Below are positions 28,054 through 37,541 of a stretch of DNA of 64,000 nucleotides, piece after piece. Position numbers and translations under genes: made by a program. The stretch lies in the NCBI GenBank assembly GCA_016936815.1, contig JAFGXD010000090.1, positions 67,833-131,832 of the forward strand, read 5' to 3'. The notes beneath the pieces were generated by a model that worked only from the letters and a program-made list of their open reading frames with translations, had not been told where the DNA came from and ran no database searches. The DNA is from Bacteroidales bacterium (GTDB lineage: Bacteria; Bacteroidota; Bacteroidia; Bacteroidales; GWF2-38-335). Every line of letters begins with the position of its first letter. The stretch's first letter is position 1.

Positions 28054-29508
28054 TTACAATTCCTTTCGCAAACGAGCAACAGGAATATTCAGTTGTTCTC
28101 GGTATTTAGCCACGGTTCTTCTTGCAATAACATAGCCTTTTTCCTTAAGAATTTCTGTTAGTTTATCGTCGGTTACAGGTTTCTTTTTATTCTCATTATC
28201 AATACATTCCTGCAAAATAGATTTTATTTCTCTGGTAGAAACCTCTTCACCGGAATCGGTTTGCATTGCTTCAGAGAAAAAATACTTAAGAGAAATAATA
28301 CCAAATTGTGTTTGAATATATTTGGAGCTGGCAACCCTGGAAATAGTAGAAATATCCAGACCGGTTTTATCGGCAATATCTTTAAGAATCATAGGTCTTA
28401 GTTTTGTTTCGTCCCCGTCTTGAAAGTATTCTTCCTGAAATTCAATAATTGCGTTCATTGTTACCAACAAAGTATTTTGTCGTTGTTTTATAGCATCAAT
28501 AAACCATTTCGCAGAATCGAGTTTTTGTTTTACAAACGAAATAGCATCTTTTTGCTGACGGGAAGGTTTTTGTTTCTGACTTGTATAACCTTCAATCATA
28601 TCGGCGTAAGTTGGAGAAACCCTAAGGTCGGGAACATTTCTGGCGTTAAGGGAAAGTTGAAGAATCCCATCATTATTTTCAAGAATAAAATCCGGAATTA
28701 TTTGCTGAAAAGATTTGTTACCCGAATCGGCAAAAGAGCTCCCCGGTTTTGGATTTAGTTTAAGAATTTCATCAACGGCAGCCTTCATTTCTTCGTCTGA
28801 AAGCCCTAGTTTCTTGATTATTTTGTCGTAATGTTTTTTAGTAAACTCATCGAAATTTTTTCTAAGAATTAATTCTGCATTTTTTACGGAAACATTTTCT
28901 TGATTTCTTTTTTCAATTTGAAGAATTAGGCATTCTTGTAAATTTCTTGCACCAACTCCGGCCGGATCAAAATCTTGAATTATTCTTAAAATTGACAAAA
29001 GTTTTTCTTCGGTAACAGCCATATTCATAGAAAAGGCTAAGTCGTCTACAATAGCTTCTAAATCTCTTCGCAAATATCCATCCTCATCAATATTTCCAAT
29101 AATGTATTTAGCAAGAGCTTTTTCTTCTTCGGTTAGCATTCTCAGACCTAATTGTGTTTCAAGTTGTTCGTGAAATGAAGTGCCCCCGGAATAAGGAATA
29201 TCTTTTCTTTCGTCGCCTGCGGAATGATTTTTAGTAACCAACTTATAAGAAGGAATATCTTCATCATTCAGATAATCTTCCAAAGAAAATTCGTCACCGG
29301 ATTCATCGTTTTCATTATCAGAAGTATTTTCCTCAGCTTGCTCCGAATACTCTTCTTCAGAACCTTCTTCCAAAGCCGGATTTTCTTCCATTTCCTTTTT
29401 AATTCTTTGTTCGAGTTGCATGGTTGGAATTTCCAGCAACTTAATCATTTGAATTTGTTGCGGAGAAAGTTTCTGCAACATTTTTTGTTGTAAACTTTGT
29501 TTCAACAT
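28054..29508 (-). CDS. rpoN: RNA polymerase sigma-54 factor
   Basis: 484 aa. Gln-rich N-terminal region I (LKQSLQQKMLQKLSPQQIQMIKLLE), an acidic linker, and the C-terminal RpoN box (ARRTVAKYREQLNIP). Confidence 0.95.
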   Translation of the reverse strand: MLKQSLQQKMLQKLSPQQIQMIKLLEIPTMQLEQRIKKEMEENPALEEGSEEEYSEQAEENTSDNENDESGDEFSLEDYLNDEDIPSYKLVTKNHSAGDERKDIPYSGGTSFHEQLETQLGLRMLTEEEKALAKYIIGNIDEDGYLRRDLEAIVDDLAFSMNMAVTEEKLLSILRIIQDFDPAGVGARNLQECLILQIEKRNQENVSVKNAELILRKNFDEFTKKHYDKIIKKLGLSDEEMKAAVDEILKLNPKPGSSFADSGNKSFQQIIPDFILENNDGILQLSLNARNVPDLRVSPTYADMIEGYTSQKQKPSRQQKDAISFVKQKLDSAKWFIDAIKQRQNTLLVTMNAIIEFQEEYFQDGDETKLRPMILKDIADKTGLDISTISRVASSKYIQTQFGIISLKYFFSEAMQTDSGEEVSTREIKSILQECIDNENKKKPVTDDKLTEILKEKGYVIARRTVAKYREQLNIPVARLRKEL

Positions 29509-29634
29509 GCTTTAAGCGATTTAATTTTAAAAAAAACTTACGCAAGTTAGGTAAAAATAGTGAAAAACGATTTATACCAAATAAAAGATTAAACGGGAAA
29601 AATATTTAGTAAGTTTCGTTTATAAAATAAAACA

Positions 29635-30318
29635 TTAATTCACAAACTTATATCCAACGCCTTTAATGGTAACAATGTGCTTTTCGCCTATTTTTTCGCG
29701 AAGTTTCCTTATATGTACATCAATTGTTCTATCTCCAACCACAACATCATCGCCCCAAACAAAGTCATAAATTTCTTCCCTTGTAAAAACTCTCCCGGGT
29801 TTAGATTCAAGCATAGCTAGCAGTTCGAATTCCTTTTTTGGAAGGTTAAGTTCTTTATTATTAATAATTACCAGATATTTTTCTCTATCAATTACAATTT
29901 CTTTTCTTTCTTCTTCCTTTTCTTTCTTCTTTGGCTTTTCCAGTTTTCTTCTTTTTAGCAAGGCATTAATTCTACTAATCAACACTTTAGGCTTTATTGG
30001 TTTAGCAATATAATCATCGCCCCCAGCTTCAAATCCTGCAATTTGCGAATAATCTTCGCCTCTTGCAGTAAGAAAAGCAATTAAAATATTCTGAAATTCA
30101 GGTATTTTTCTTATTTCTTCACAAGCTTCAATACCATCCATTTCAGGCATCATTACATCCATTATTATAAGGTCTGGTTTTTCTTGAATCACAAGTTTTA
30201 TTGCTTCTTTCCCATTTTGTGCCGATAATACTTCAAAACCTTCCTTTTTAAGATTGTAGCAAAGAAACTCTCTTATATCGGGCTCGTCGTCTACCAATAA
30301 AATTTTAGCCTTCTCCAT
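29635..30318 (-). CDS. OmpR/PhoB-family response regulator
   Basis: Receiver domain (KILLVDDEPDI...DLIIMDVMMPEMDG...LTA...KP) plus a winged-helix trans_reg_C domain (LPKKEFELLAML...RTIDVHIRKLREKI...TIKGVGYKF). Start moved to MEKAKILLVDD. Confidence 0.9.
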   Translation of the reverse strand: MEKAKILLVDDEPDIREFLCYNLKKEGFEVLSAQNGKEAIKLVIQEKPDLIIMDVMMPEMDGIEACEEIRKIPEFQNILIAFLTARGEDYSQIAGFEAGGDDYIAKPIKPKVLISRINALLKRRKLEKPKKKEKEEERKEIVIDREKYLVIINNKELNLPKKEFELLAMLESKPGRVFTREEIYDFVWGDDVVVGDRTIDVHIRKLREKIGEKHIVTIKGVGYKFVN

Positions 30319-30455
30319 TTTATTTTTTTTTGAAAAATACAATAAAAATATGATTTATCAAACATTTATTTTTTTCCAGATAAAAACAAAAATGATTACT
30401 CTTCTAACTAAGGCTAATTAGTAGATTGACAAATAACAAATTATTGCCTAAATGA

Positions 30456-30485
30456 AACAAAAAAACCCGCTATGGTAGCGGGTTT
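30456..30485 (-). terminator. Rho-independent terminator downstream of ssb
   Basis: The minus strand reads ACCCGCTA-cca-TAGCGGGT followed by a T run. The stem pairs 30465-30472 with 30476-30483. Confidence 0.75.
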
Positions 30486-30511
30486 CGAAATATATATTGA
30501 TAACAGGAAAA

Positions 30512-30859
30512 CTATTCTTTTTCCTTATTTGAACCAAGAAATAGTATTTCACTTACGTTTACTTCCGTAACATATTTTTTAACACCTTCTTTGTCTTCAT
30601 AAGAACGAGTTACAAGTTTACCTTCAACAGCAACTTCCTTGCCTTTTTTTAAGAATTTTTCGGCCAATTCTGCTGTTTTTCCCCAAGCAACTAAATTATG
30701 CCAATGGGTTTCTTTAATTGTTTTACCATCATTGTCTTTGTAAGATTCATTTACAGCAAGATTAATTCTTGCCATTTTTCTGTCTTTCTCAAATGATTTA
30801 ATTTCTGGATCTGAGCCCAAATTTCCAATAAGTTGCACACGATTTCTAAGAGAATTCAT
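30512..30859 (-). CDS. ssb: Single-stranded DNA-binding protein, short OB-fold-only form (115 aa, no acidic DDIPF-type tail)
   Basis: MNSLRNRVQLIGNLGSDPEIK...ETHWHNLVAWGKTAE...GKEVAVEGKLVTRSYEDKEG. It ends ...GSNKEKE. Start moved to Met23 of the track ORF. Confidence 0.88.
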   Translation of the reverse strand: MNSLRNRVQLIGNLGSDPEIKSFEKDRKMARINLAVNESYKDNDGKTIKETHWHNLVAWGKTAELAEKFLKKGKEVAVEGKLVTRSYEDKEGVKKYVTEVNVSEILFLGSNKEKE

Positions 30860-31020
30860 TTCATATATTTTTTTAGTTAATAATAACAAAGATTGATTAT
30901 GTATATTATAACATGCGGTAAACAAACGATAATTATCGGTTAAAATAATAATATTTAATGTATTTAATGTTTTGAGGCAAAAAATATATTTAGTACCTTT
31001 GTGTACATAATGTATTTTGT

Positions 31021-31365
31021 ATGAGAATTTGCATTCAATGTAACGAAAGATTTTCCGGCAGGTCTGACAAAAAGTTTTGTTCAGATTATTGTAGAAATCA
31101 GTATAATTATTCCAAATCTAGGTATGCAGAAAAGGATATTCTGGATTTACATTGCAGAATAAGAAAAAACCACAGAATAATTTGTAATATCTACAAAAGT
31201 GGATGTGGCAAAATTGACATTAATATTTTAAAAGGATTAGGTTATAATCTTGAAATTGTTACCGGCATTAACTTAGAAAATTCAATTTTTAGCATTTACG
31301 ATATTTCTTTTAAATTTGAAGAAAATTATTTGGTGTTTTTACATGAAACTGTTGTGAAAAAATAA
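31021..31365 (+). CDS. Hypothetical protein with an N-terminal FCS/YacG-like zinc ribbon
   Basis: 114 aa. CIQC-x12-FCSDYC forms a CxxC...FCSxxC four-Cys ribbon. The rest has no recognisable family. Confidence 0.55.
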   Translation: MRICIQCNERFSGRSDKKFCSDYCRNQYNYSKSRYAEKDILDLHCRIRKNHRIICNIYKSGCGKIDINILKGLGYNLEIVTGINLENSIFSIYDISFKFEENYLVFLHETVVKK

Positions 31366-31370
31366 GCAAA

Positions 31371-31397
31371 CCGGGGAGTTTTTGTAAAACTCCCCGG
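31371..31397 (+). terminator. Stem-loop terminator after the zinc-ribbon gene
   Basis: CCGGGGAGTTTT-tgt-AAAACTCCCCGG, a perfect 12-bp stem, starts 6 nt after the stop. The downstream T tract is weak. Confidence 0.6.
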
Positions 31398-31616
31398 CTA
31401 TGTTTAACTAAAATTAAAGCTATGAAAAAAATCACATCCCTTTAAATGCTTATTACGATAACAAATAAAAATGGTTACAATTAATAAAAAATATCATCAT
31501 TCCCTTAATTTTTATTACAGGAATACTGACAAAAAGCAAGGATAGAATATTTTCAAAAACAGTTTGTTTTCAACAAAAAAATTATTTTATTTGCATAATC
31601 TTATTTTTTGTTAGTT

Positions 31617-32315
31617 ATGATGATAAAAGAGTTTATCATAGATTTTATTCGCCTTTTTTTTCCTGTAACATGTTCTGTGTGTCATAAAAATCTCTCAAAA
31701 AACGAAGGTGTGCTATGTAGTTCATGCTATTTTAATATGCCAAGAACACGTTTTCATAACGATGAAAATAATGCAGTTTGTCAGCTATTTTGGGGTAGAG
31801 TAAAAATTGAAAAAGCAACAGCCTTGTTTTATTATTTTAAACACAGCAAATATCAAAGTTTAATTCACCAATTAAAATACAAAGGGAAAACAGATGTAGG
31901 ACAAGAATTAGGCAAAATGCTAGGTGGAGAATTATTAAGAAGCGGTTTTTTAAAAGACATAGATGTTTTGGTTCCTGTTCCATTGCATCCCAAAAAAGAA
32001 AAGAAAAGAGGTTATAATCAAAGCTTCTACATTTGTAAAGGAATAAGTGAAGTTAGCGGTATACCAATAGATTCAAATACTCTTGTAAGAAATGTTTATA
32101 CAGAAACTCAAACAAAAAGAAATAGAAACGACAGGTATTGCAATGTAAAAGACGCTTTTTCTAATAAACATTCGGAAAATTTTTCAAGCAAGCATATTCT
32201 TCTAATCGACGATGTTGTAACAACTGGGGCCACTCTTGAATCATGCTCAAACAAAATTCTGGAAATTGCTAATTCTAAGGTTAGTATTGCTTCTTTAGCC
32301 GTTGCATCCAATTAA
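31617..32315 (+). CDS. comF: ComF-family protein (phosphoribosyltransferase domain with an N-terminal 4-Cys motif)
   Basis: N-terminal C-x2-C ... C-x2-C (CSVCHKNL...CSSCYFNM). C-terminal PRTase motif ILLIDDVVTTGATL. The first ATG at 31617 is used; the track start at 31608 is TTG. Confidence 0.85.
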   Translation: MMIKEFIIDFIRLFFPVTCSVCHKNLSKNEGVLCSSCYFNMPRTRFHNDENNAVCQLFWGRVKIEKATALFYYFKHSKYQSLIHQLKYKGKTDVGQELGKMLGGELLRSGFLKDIDVLVPVPLHPKKEKKRGYNQSFYICKGISEVSGIPIDSNTLVRNVYTETQTKRNRNDRYCNVKDAFSNKHSENFSSKHILLIDDVVTTGATLESCSNKILEIANSKVSIASLAVASN

Positions 32316-32459
32316 TAATAACGGGTTTGTGTCAACCTCAAACAACCTTTTGTCAAAAATTTTGTCTAACCTGTTGTTTAATAAGAACAAAAATCATATC
32401 TTGAAGCCCCATTTTAATCAGAATTTACAGAAATAATAATACTTAATTATTTATCAACT

Positions 32460-35400
32460 ATGAAAAAATTTATCTGTCTATTTATTGTTTTCTTGTCGTT
32501 AACCATTGTTAATGCTCAGGAGTTTTCTCTTATTTATACAGGCCCTACGGGTTATGGCAATGGTTCCGGCGAGTGGTTTGACTATAACAGCGACGGAAAT
32601 TTAGACCTTTTTGTCAATGGTAGTACCAATGGGGGATCTTACAGCACCTCCCTTTATACAGGTAACGGAAGTGGCGGTTTTACTCAAAATACCGCAGGGC
32701 TTACCATGTTGACTTATGGTACACATCCCGGTTCGGCAGGAGATTATAACAACGATGGCAAAATTGATTTGTTTCTTACCGGATATTATGGAACTTCCAG
32801 TGCTTATCTTTACAGAAATAATGGAAGTACTTTTACAAACATAACCGGACATGGTGTTGAAGGTATTCAACAAGGTACCGTTGCTTGGGGAGACTACGAC
32901 AACGATGGTTTTAAAGATTTGCTTGTTTCAGGATGGGGAAGCACAAAATATTCAAGAGTTTATAAAAACAACGGTAATGGCACTTTTACTCAAAAAGCCT
33001 CTTTTACCGGATATAATTTAAGTTCAGCCGTATGGGCAGATTACGATAACGACGGTAATTTGGATTTTTTCCTTTGCGGTTATACCGGATCAGTTGCACA
33101 GTCTCATATTTATAAAAACAATGGAGATGGCACTTTTTCACAACAGCAAACCCTTACTGGTATTTATAATTCCTCGGCTGCATGGGGAGACTATGATGCA
33201 GATGGCGATTTAGACCTTATTGTTTGTGGAATAAATGCTTCTTCTGTCAGATATACTATTTTGTACAAAAACGATATGGGTACTTTTATTAATGAATCAA
33301 ACGCTTCGTTTACTCCTGTTTCCGGTGGAGTTGTTGATTGGGGAGATTTTAACAACGATGGATTACCCGATGTTCTTTTAGCAGGTAATAACGGAACAAC
33401 CAGAATAGCAAAAATATATGTAAATATGGGTGGAGGGGTTTTCTCTGAAGCTGCTGAAACAATTGAAGGGGTTGACAATGCATCAGGAGGTTGGGGAGAT
33501 TTCGACGGTGATGGTGATTTAGATTTCTTTCTTTCAGGCGCTTACGGAACTGATGTTTTTTCATTAAAAGCTTATATTAATAATTCTTCTCAAACAAATG
33601 GTGCACCAACTATTCCGAATAATCTTAGTTCAACCAATTCCTGTGTTGATGCAATGCTAACTTGGAACCCATCAACTGATGATCATACTCCAGCACAATC
33701 TCTTTCTTACAATATTCGTGTGGGAACAACATCAGGAGGGGTAAATATTGTTTCACCTGAATCTAATGGTAATTACAGAAAGGTTTATAGAATTGGGAAT
33801 GCAGGGCTAAAAACAAGCTTTCATCTTAAAAACCTTGCTCCGGGAACATATTATTGGAGTGTTCAGGCAATTGATGGTTCAAATGTTGCCTCTGCTTTTG
33901 GTCCAGAACAATCATTTGTTGTTGAAGAACCCGCCGCAATAACATCAGAACCTGTTCCTTTTAATGCTTGCGATGGAAGTGTTGGTAACTTAAATGTGGC
34001 AGCCTCCGGCACTAATTTAAATTATGAATGGTTTAAAAATAGTATGCCAACAGGTGTAACAACATCTGTATTAAATTTCCCAATGCTTACAACTTCTGAT
34101 GCCGGAACTTACTACTGCGAAATTAGTAATGTATGCGGAATGGTAACAAGCATTCCTGCTACAGTAACAGTGTTTACTAACCCAACAGCCACAATATCAA
34201 CAACTGATGTAAGCTGTTTTGCAGGAAATAATGGGACAGCAACAGCAAACCCATCAGGAGGTACAAGCCCATATTTATATTCATGGAATCCTTCCGGACA
34301 AACAAGTCAAACTGCAATTAATTTATCAGAAGGAACTTATAGCCTCACAATTACCGATGTTAATGGCTGTTCATCAAACGCTTCTGCTAATATTATCCAA
34401 CCTGCTTCACCTCTTACTGTAAGTATTTCGGGAACGAATAATCCGTGTAATGGTTTATCCTCCGGAGATGCAACAGCAACAGTTAGTGGTGGAACTCCGA
34501 ATTATTCATTTTCCTGGTCTAATGGTTTTACAACTAATACAATTACAAGTCTTGTTGCCGATACCTATACAGTAACAGTAGTAGATGCTAATGGTTGTTC
34601 CGATATTCAATCTGTAATTATAACCGAACCTCCTGTTCTTACTCTTTCAGTGTCAACAACCCCTGAAACTTGCTTCGGAACCTGCGATGGTTCTGCAACA
34701 GGAACTGCATCGGGAGGAACGCCTCCTTACAATTATAACTGGCTAACAGGTTCAACAACTATTACTGATGTAAACCTTTGTGTAGGTTCTGCATTTGTTA
34801 CGGTTACCGATGCTAATTCTTGTACTGTTTCTGCCTCAGGTTCCATTTCAGGAAATCCTGCAATTACAGGAACAGCAACAACAACAGATGTTTCATGTTA
34901 CGGATTATTTGATGGTGAAGCTACTGTATTTCCAACAGGTGGAACAGGAACATATACCTACTTATGGGACGACGGTCTTGCTCAAACAACGGCTACTGCT
35001 ACCGGTTTGGGAGCCGGATTATACAATTGTATTATTACCGATGGAAACAGTTGCTTTTACATGGTTCCGGTTACAATTAACCAACCCGATGAGTTCGTGT
35101 TAAGTTTAATGACTTACAATAATCCAACTTGCTACGGTTATTGCGACGGTAACATTGAGGTAAACACTATTAATGGATATGGAACAATTAACTACTCTTG
35201 GAATAGCGGTCAAACTACTGCTAATATTTCCGGTCTTTGCGAAAATAATTATCTGTTAACTGCAACAGATGAAATCGGATGCCAAGCAACACTTGCAGTA
35301 AATTTAACAGCTCCTGCTCAATTAACTCTAAGCGAATTTGCAACTAACTGCTCATGTTATAGCTATTCAGACGGCTCAATTGATCTTAATGTTATTGGCG

Positions 35401-37466
35401 GAACCCCTCCATATACTTATGAATGGACAGGAGCATATTCCTCTGAAGATTTAGCAGGTATAGCATCCGGGGGTTATATTGTTACAGTTACCGATGCTAA
35501 TTTCTGTACTGCAACTATTTCTTCTTTTGTAGACCAACCTGCAGAAATATTAGTTGATGCAGGAGTTGATTTTACGGTATGTGAGACTAGTACCGATTTT
35601 TCTCTTAATGGAATGGTTTCAGGAGCAACCGGAGGAATATGGACAGGAGGAACAGGAACATTCATACCTGATGCAACAAGCTTAAATGCCTCATACAGTC
35701 CTTCTATTGCCGATATTTCGGGCGGTATTTTAACTCTTACATTAACTTCAACAGGAAATGGAGGATGCTCTTCTGTTATGGATGAAATAATTGTAACATT
35801 CGAAACAAGCCCTGTTGTTAATGCAGGAACCGACAATGGAACATGTATTGGTGAATCTATAACTCTTTCAGGTACAATGTCGGGCTCAAGTGCTTCAACA
35901 TGGACAAGTACAGGAACAGGAGCTTTTGTTAACCCAAACGATTTGGTAACAATATATACGCCAAGTCCTGATGACGCTATTGCAGGAACAGTTAGTTTTA
36001 CATTAACAAGTGGCAATTTAGGTGTTTGTCCGCAAGTTAGCGACGATGTTGTTTACACCATCTATCCCGATATTACCAGCAGTATTTCTACTACGGACGT
36101 TAGTTGTTTTGGAGGTTCAGATGGCGCAATTGATTTGACGGTATTAACAGGAACAGGACCTTTTACATATCAGTGGAATACGGCAGAATCTTCGGAAGAT
36201 TTATCAGGTTTGCTTGCAGGCACATATTCTGTTACAATAACCGGTGCAGGAGGTTGCTCGGCAATAAATTCAGCAACAATTTCAGAACCTTCAATTCTTA
36301 CAGCCTCAATTACTTCATCCACAGATGAAACATATTTTGGAGCTTGTAATGGAACCGCTACAGTTAGCCCATCAGGTGGAACAGGAACTTACGACTTTTT
36401 ATGGAGCAATAGCGAAACTACTGCTATTGCAACAAATTTATGCGCAGGCGTTTACAATGTTACTGTTACCGATTCAAATGGTTGCCAGGTAGTAGATTTT
36501 GCAACAATTGGAGCAGGACCTGTTACCGGCATTTCAGGTACTGTAACATTTTCCGAAGGTGTTTTTGCCGAAGACGAGGTAAATATTGAGCTATTTTTTG
36601 ACAACGGAACTTTTATGGAATATGTTGCTAATACAAACTGCTTATCAGGTGGAAGTTTCAGCTTCGAGCCACTTATGGTTGAAGGAGATTACTACTTAAG
36701 GGCTGCCGTAAACGCATCAGCTTCTTATCCTAATATAGTTGTTTCTTATTACGATAGCACATTTACATGGACTGACGCAACTCCAATTGCAGTAAGCTTT
36801 GGAAATGTGGAAACAGTTGATTTCAAAATGTTTGAATTAACCCCAACTACATCTAGTGGCGCAGGAAATATTAGCGGTACTATATATTATGTATCATTAA
36901 CAAAAGATATTGGCGAACCTGTTCCGGGAGCTGAAATTTACCTTGAACAAGAACCTGAAGGAGAACCTATTGCCAGTACCGAAACCGATAATGACGGCAA
37001 TTATGACTTTATTGATGTTCCTGGCGGCAACTATTCTTTAACTGTTGATATTCCTGGATTCCCACAAGTTAACACATACGATATTACTGTAAGTGAAGAT
37101 GATACAACTTTCACTGATTTGAATTTCCTTGTAGATACAACTGCCGGAGATCAAAATATTGATACAAGCACATTTACAGTTGGAATTAGTTCTTTTGAAA
37201 ATGAAAAATTCAATATTTCTGTTTACCCGAGTCCATTTAAGGAGAATATTGATGTTAAAGTTGAATTAAAATCATCTGCAATAGTAAAATTAACTTTGCT
37301 GAATATTGAAGGCAAAAAAGTTGCAGAAATTGAAAAGGGTAATCTAAATGAAGGTGTTCATATTATTAATCTGAACAATTATATTAAAACTATTAATCCG
37401 GGCACCTATTACATAAGTGTTCAAATTAATGAAAATGTTTATTTCAGGAAATTGATAAAAATGTAA
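32460..37466 (+). CDS. Giant T9SS-secreted surface protein: FG-GAP/VCBS beta-propeller, FN3-like, Ig-like, 6+2 SprB-type repeats, two about 85-aa Cys-containing repeats, CarboxypepD_reg-like domains, T9SS C-terminal domain
   Basis: 1668 aa with a signal peptide (MKKFICLFIVFLSLTIVNAQ). Repeated (W/A)GDYDNDG-x-(L/K)D(L/F) motifs spaced about 55-65 aa apart are FG-GAP blades. The other domains were read from the translation. Confidence 0.85.
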   Translation: MKKFICLFIVFLSLTIVNAQEFSLIYTGPTGYGNGSGEWFDYNSDGNLDLFVNGSTNGGSYSTSLYTGNGSGGFTQNTAGLTMLTYGTHPGSAGDYNNDGKIDLFLTGYYGTSSAYLYRNNGSTFTNITGHGVEGIQQGTVAWGDYDNDGFKDLLVSGWGSTKYSRVYKNNGNGTFTQKASFTGYNLSSAVWADYDNDGNLDFFLCGYTGSVAQSHIYKNNGDGTFSQQQTLTGIYNSSAAWGDYDADGDLDLIVCGINASSVRYTILYKNDMGTFINESNASFTPVSGGVVDWGDFNNDGLPDVLLAGNNGTTRIAKIYVNMGGGVFSEAAETIEGVDNASGGWGDFDGDGDLDFFLSGAYGTDVFSLKAYINNSSQTNGAPTIPNNLSSTNSCVDAMLTWNPSTDDHTPAQSLSYNIRVGTTSGGVNIVSPESNGNYRKVYRIGNAGLKTSFHLKNLAPGTYYWSVQAIDGSNVASAFGPEQSFVVEEPAAITSEPVPFNACDGSVGNLNVAASGTNLNYEWFKNSMPTGVTTSVLNFPMLTTSDAGTYYCEISNVCGMVTSIPATVTVFTNPTATISTTDVSCFAGNNGTATANPSGGTSPYLYSWNPSGQTSQTAINLSEGTYSLTITDVNGCSSNASANIIQPASPLTVSISGTNNPCNGLSSGDATATVSGGTPNYSFSWSNGFTTNTITSLVADTYTVTVVDANGCSDIQSVIITEPPVLTLSVSTTPETCFGTCDGSATGTASGGTPPYNYNWLTGSTTITDVNLCVGSAFVTVTDANSCTVSASGSISGNPAITGTATTTDVSCYGLFDGEATVFPTGGTGTYTYLWDDGLAQTTATATGLGAGLYNCIITDGNSCFYMVPVTINQPDEFVLSLMTYNNPTCYGYCDGNIEVNTINGYGTINYSWNSGQTTANISGLCENNYLLTATDEIGCQATLAVNLTAPAQLTLSEFATNCSCYSYSDGSIDLNVIGGTPPYTYEWTGAYSSEDLAGIASGGYIVTVTDANFCTATISSFVDQPAEILVDAGVDFTVCETSTDFSLNGMVSGATGGIWTGGTGTFIPDATSLNASYSPSIADISGGILTLTLTSTGNGGCSSVMDEIIVTFETSPVVNAGTDNGTCIGESITLSGTMSGSSASTWTSTGTGAFVNPNDLVTIYTPSPDDAIAGTVSFTLTSGNLGVCPQVSDDVVYTIYPDITSSISTTDVSCFGGSDGAIDLTVLTGTGPFTYQWNTAESSEDLSGLLAGTYSVTITGAGGCSAINSATISEPSILTASITSSTDETYFGACNGTATVSPSGGTGTYDFLWSNSETTAIATNLCAGVYNVTVTDSNGCQVVDFATIGAGPVTGISGTVTFSEGVFAEDEVNIELFFDNGTFMEYVANTNCLSGGSFSFEPLMVEGDYYLRAAVNASASYPNIVVSYYDSTFTWTDATPIAVSFGNVETVDFKMFELTPTTSSGAGNISGTIYYVSLTKDIGEPVPGAEIYLEQEPEGEPIASTETDNDGNYDFIDVPGGNYSLTVDIPGFPQVNTYDITVSEDDTTFTDLNFLVDTTAGDQNIDTSTFTVGISSFENEKFNISVYPSPFKENIDVKVELKSSAIVKLTLLNIEGKKVAEIEKGNLNEGVHIINLNNYIKTINPGTYYISVQINENVYFRKLIKM
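34176..35540 (+). repeat. Six in-frame SprB-type repeats
   Basis: Same C-x-G-x-x-(N/D)G ... GGT-x-PY-x-Y-x-W ... T-V-x-D-x-NGC pattern as in the first giant protein. Confidence 0.8.
36068..36512 (+). repeat. Two further SprB-type repeats
   Basis: DVSCFGGSDGAIDL...FTYQWN...YSVTITGAGGC, then FGACNGTATVSPSGGTGTYDFLW...YNVTVTDSNGC. Confidence 0.75.
37215..37463 (+). other. T9SS C-terminal sorting domain
   Basis: ISVYPSPFKENIDVKV...LTLLNIEGKKVAEI...PGTYYISVQINENVYFRKLIKM. Confidence 0.8.
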
Positions 37467-37484
37467 TAAGTCTACAAATACAAC

Positions 37485-37514
37485 AAAAGAGCCTCCGATA
37501 TCGGAGGCTCTTTT
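37485..37514. terminator. Bidirectional rho-independent terminator between convergent genes
   Basis: Perfect palindrome AAAAGAGCCTCCGA-TA-TCGGAGGCTCTTTT with an A run on one side and a T run on the other. It serves the + strand giant gene and the - strand PLP-enzyme gene. Confidence 0.85.
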
Positions 37515-37541
37515 GTTTTGATATATTGTTAGTTTTTCGAT

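Noticed and set aside
35474-36016. 180-aa minus-strand ORF inside the second giant surface-protein gene
   Set aside because: It is antisense to a strongly supported repeat-containing CDS. The open frame arises from the biased G/T/S/A codon usage of the repeats. No start context or motifs are present.
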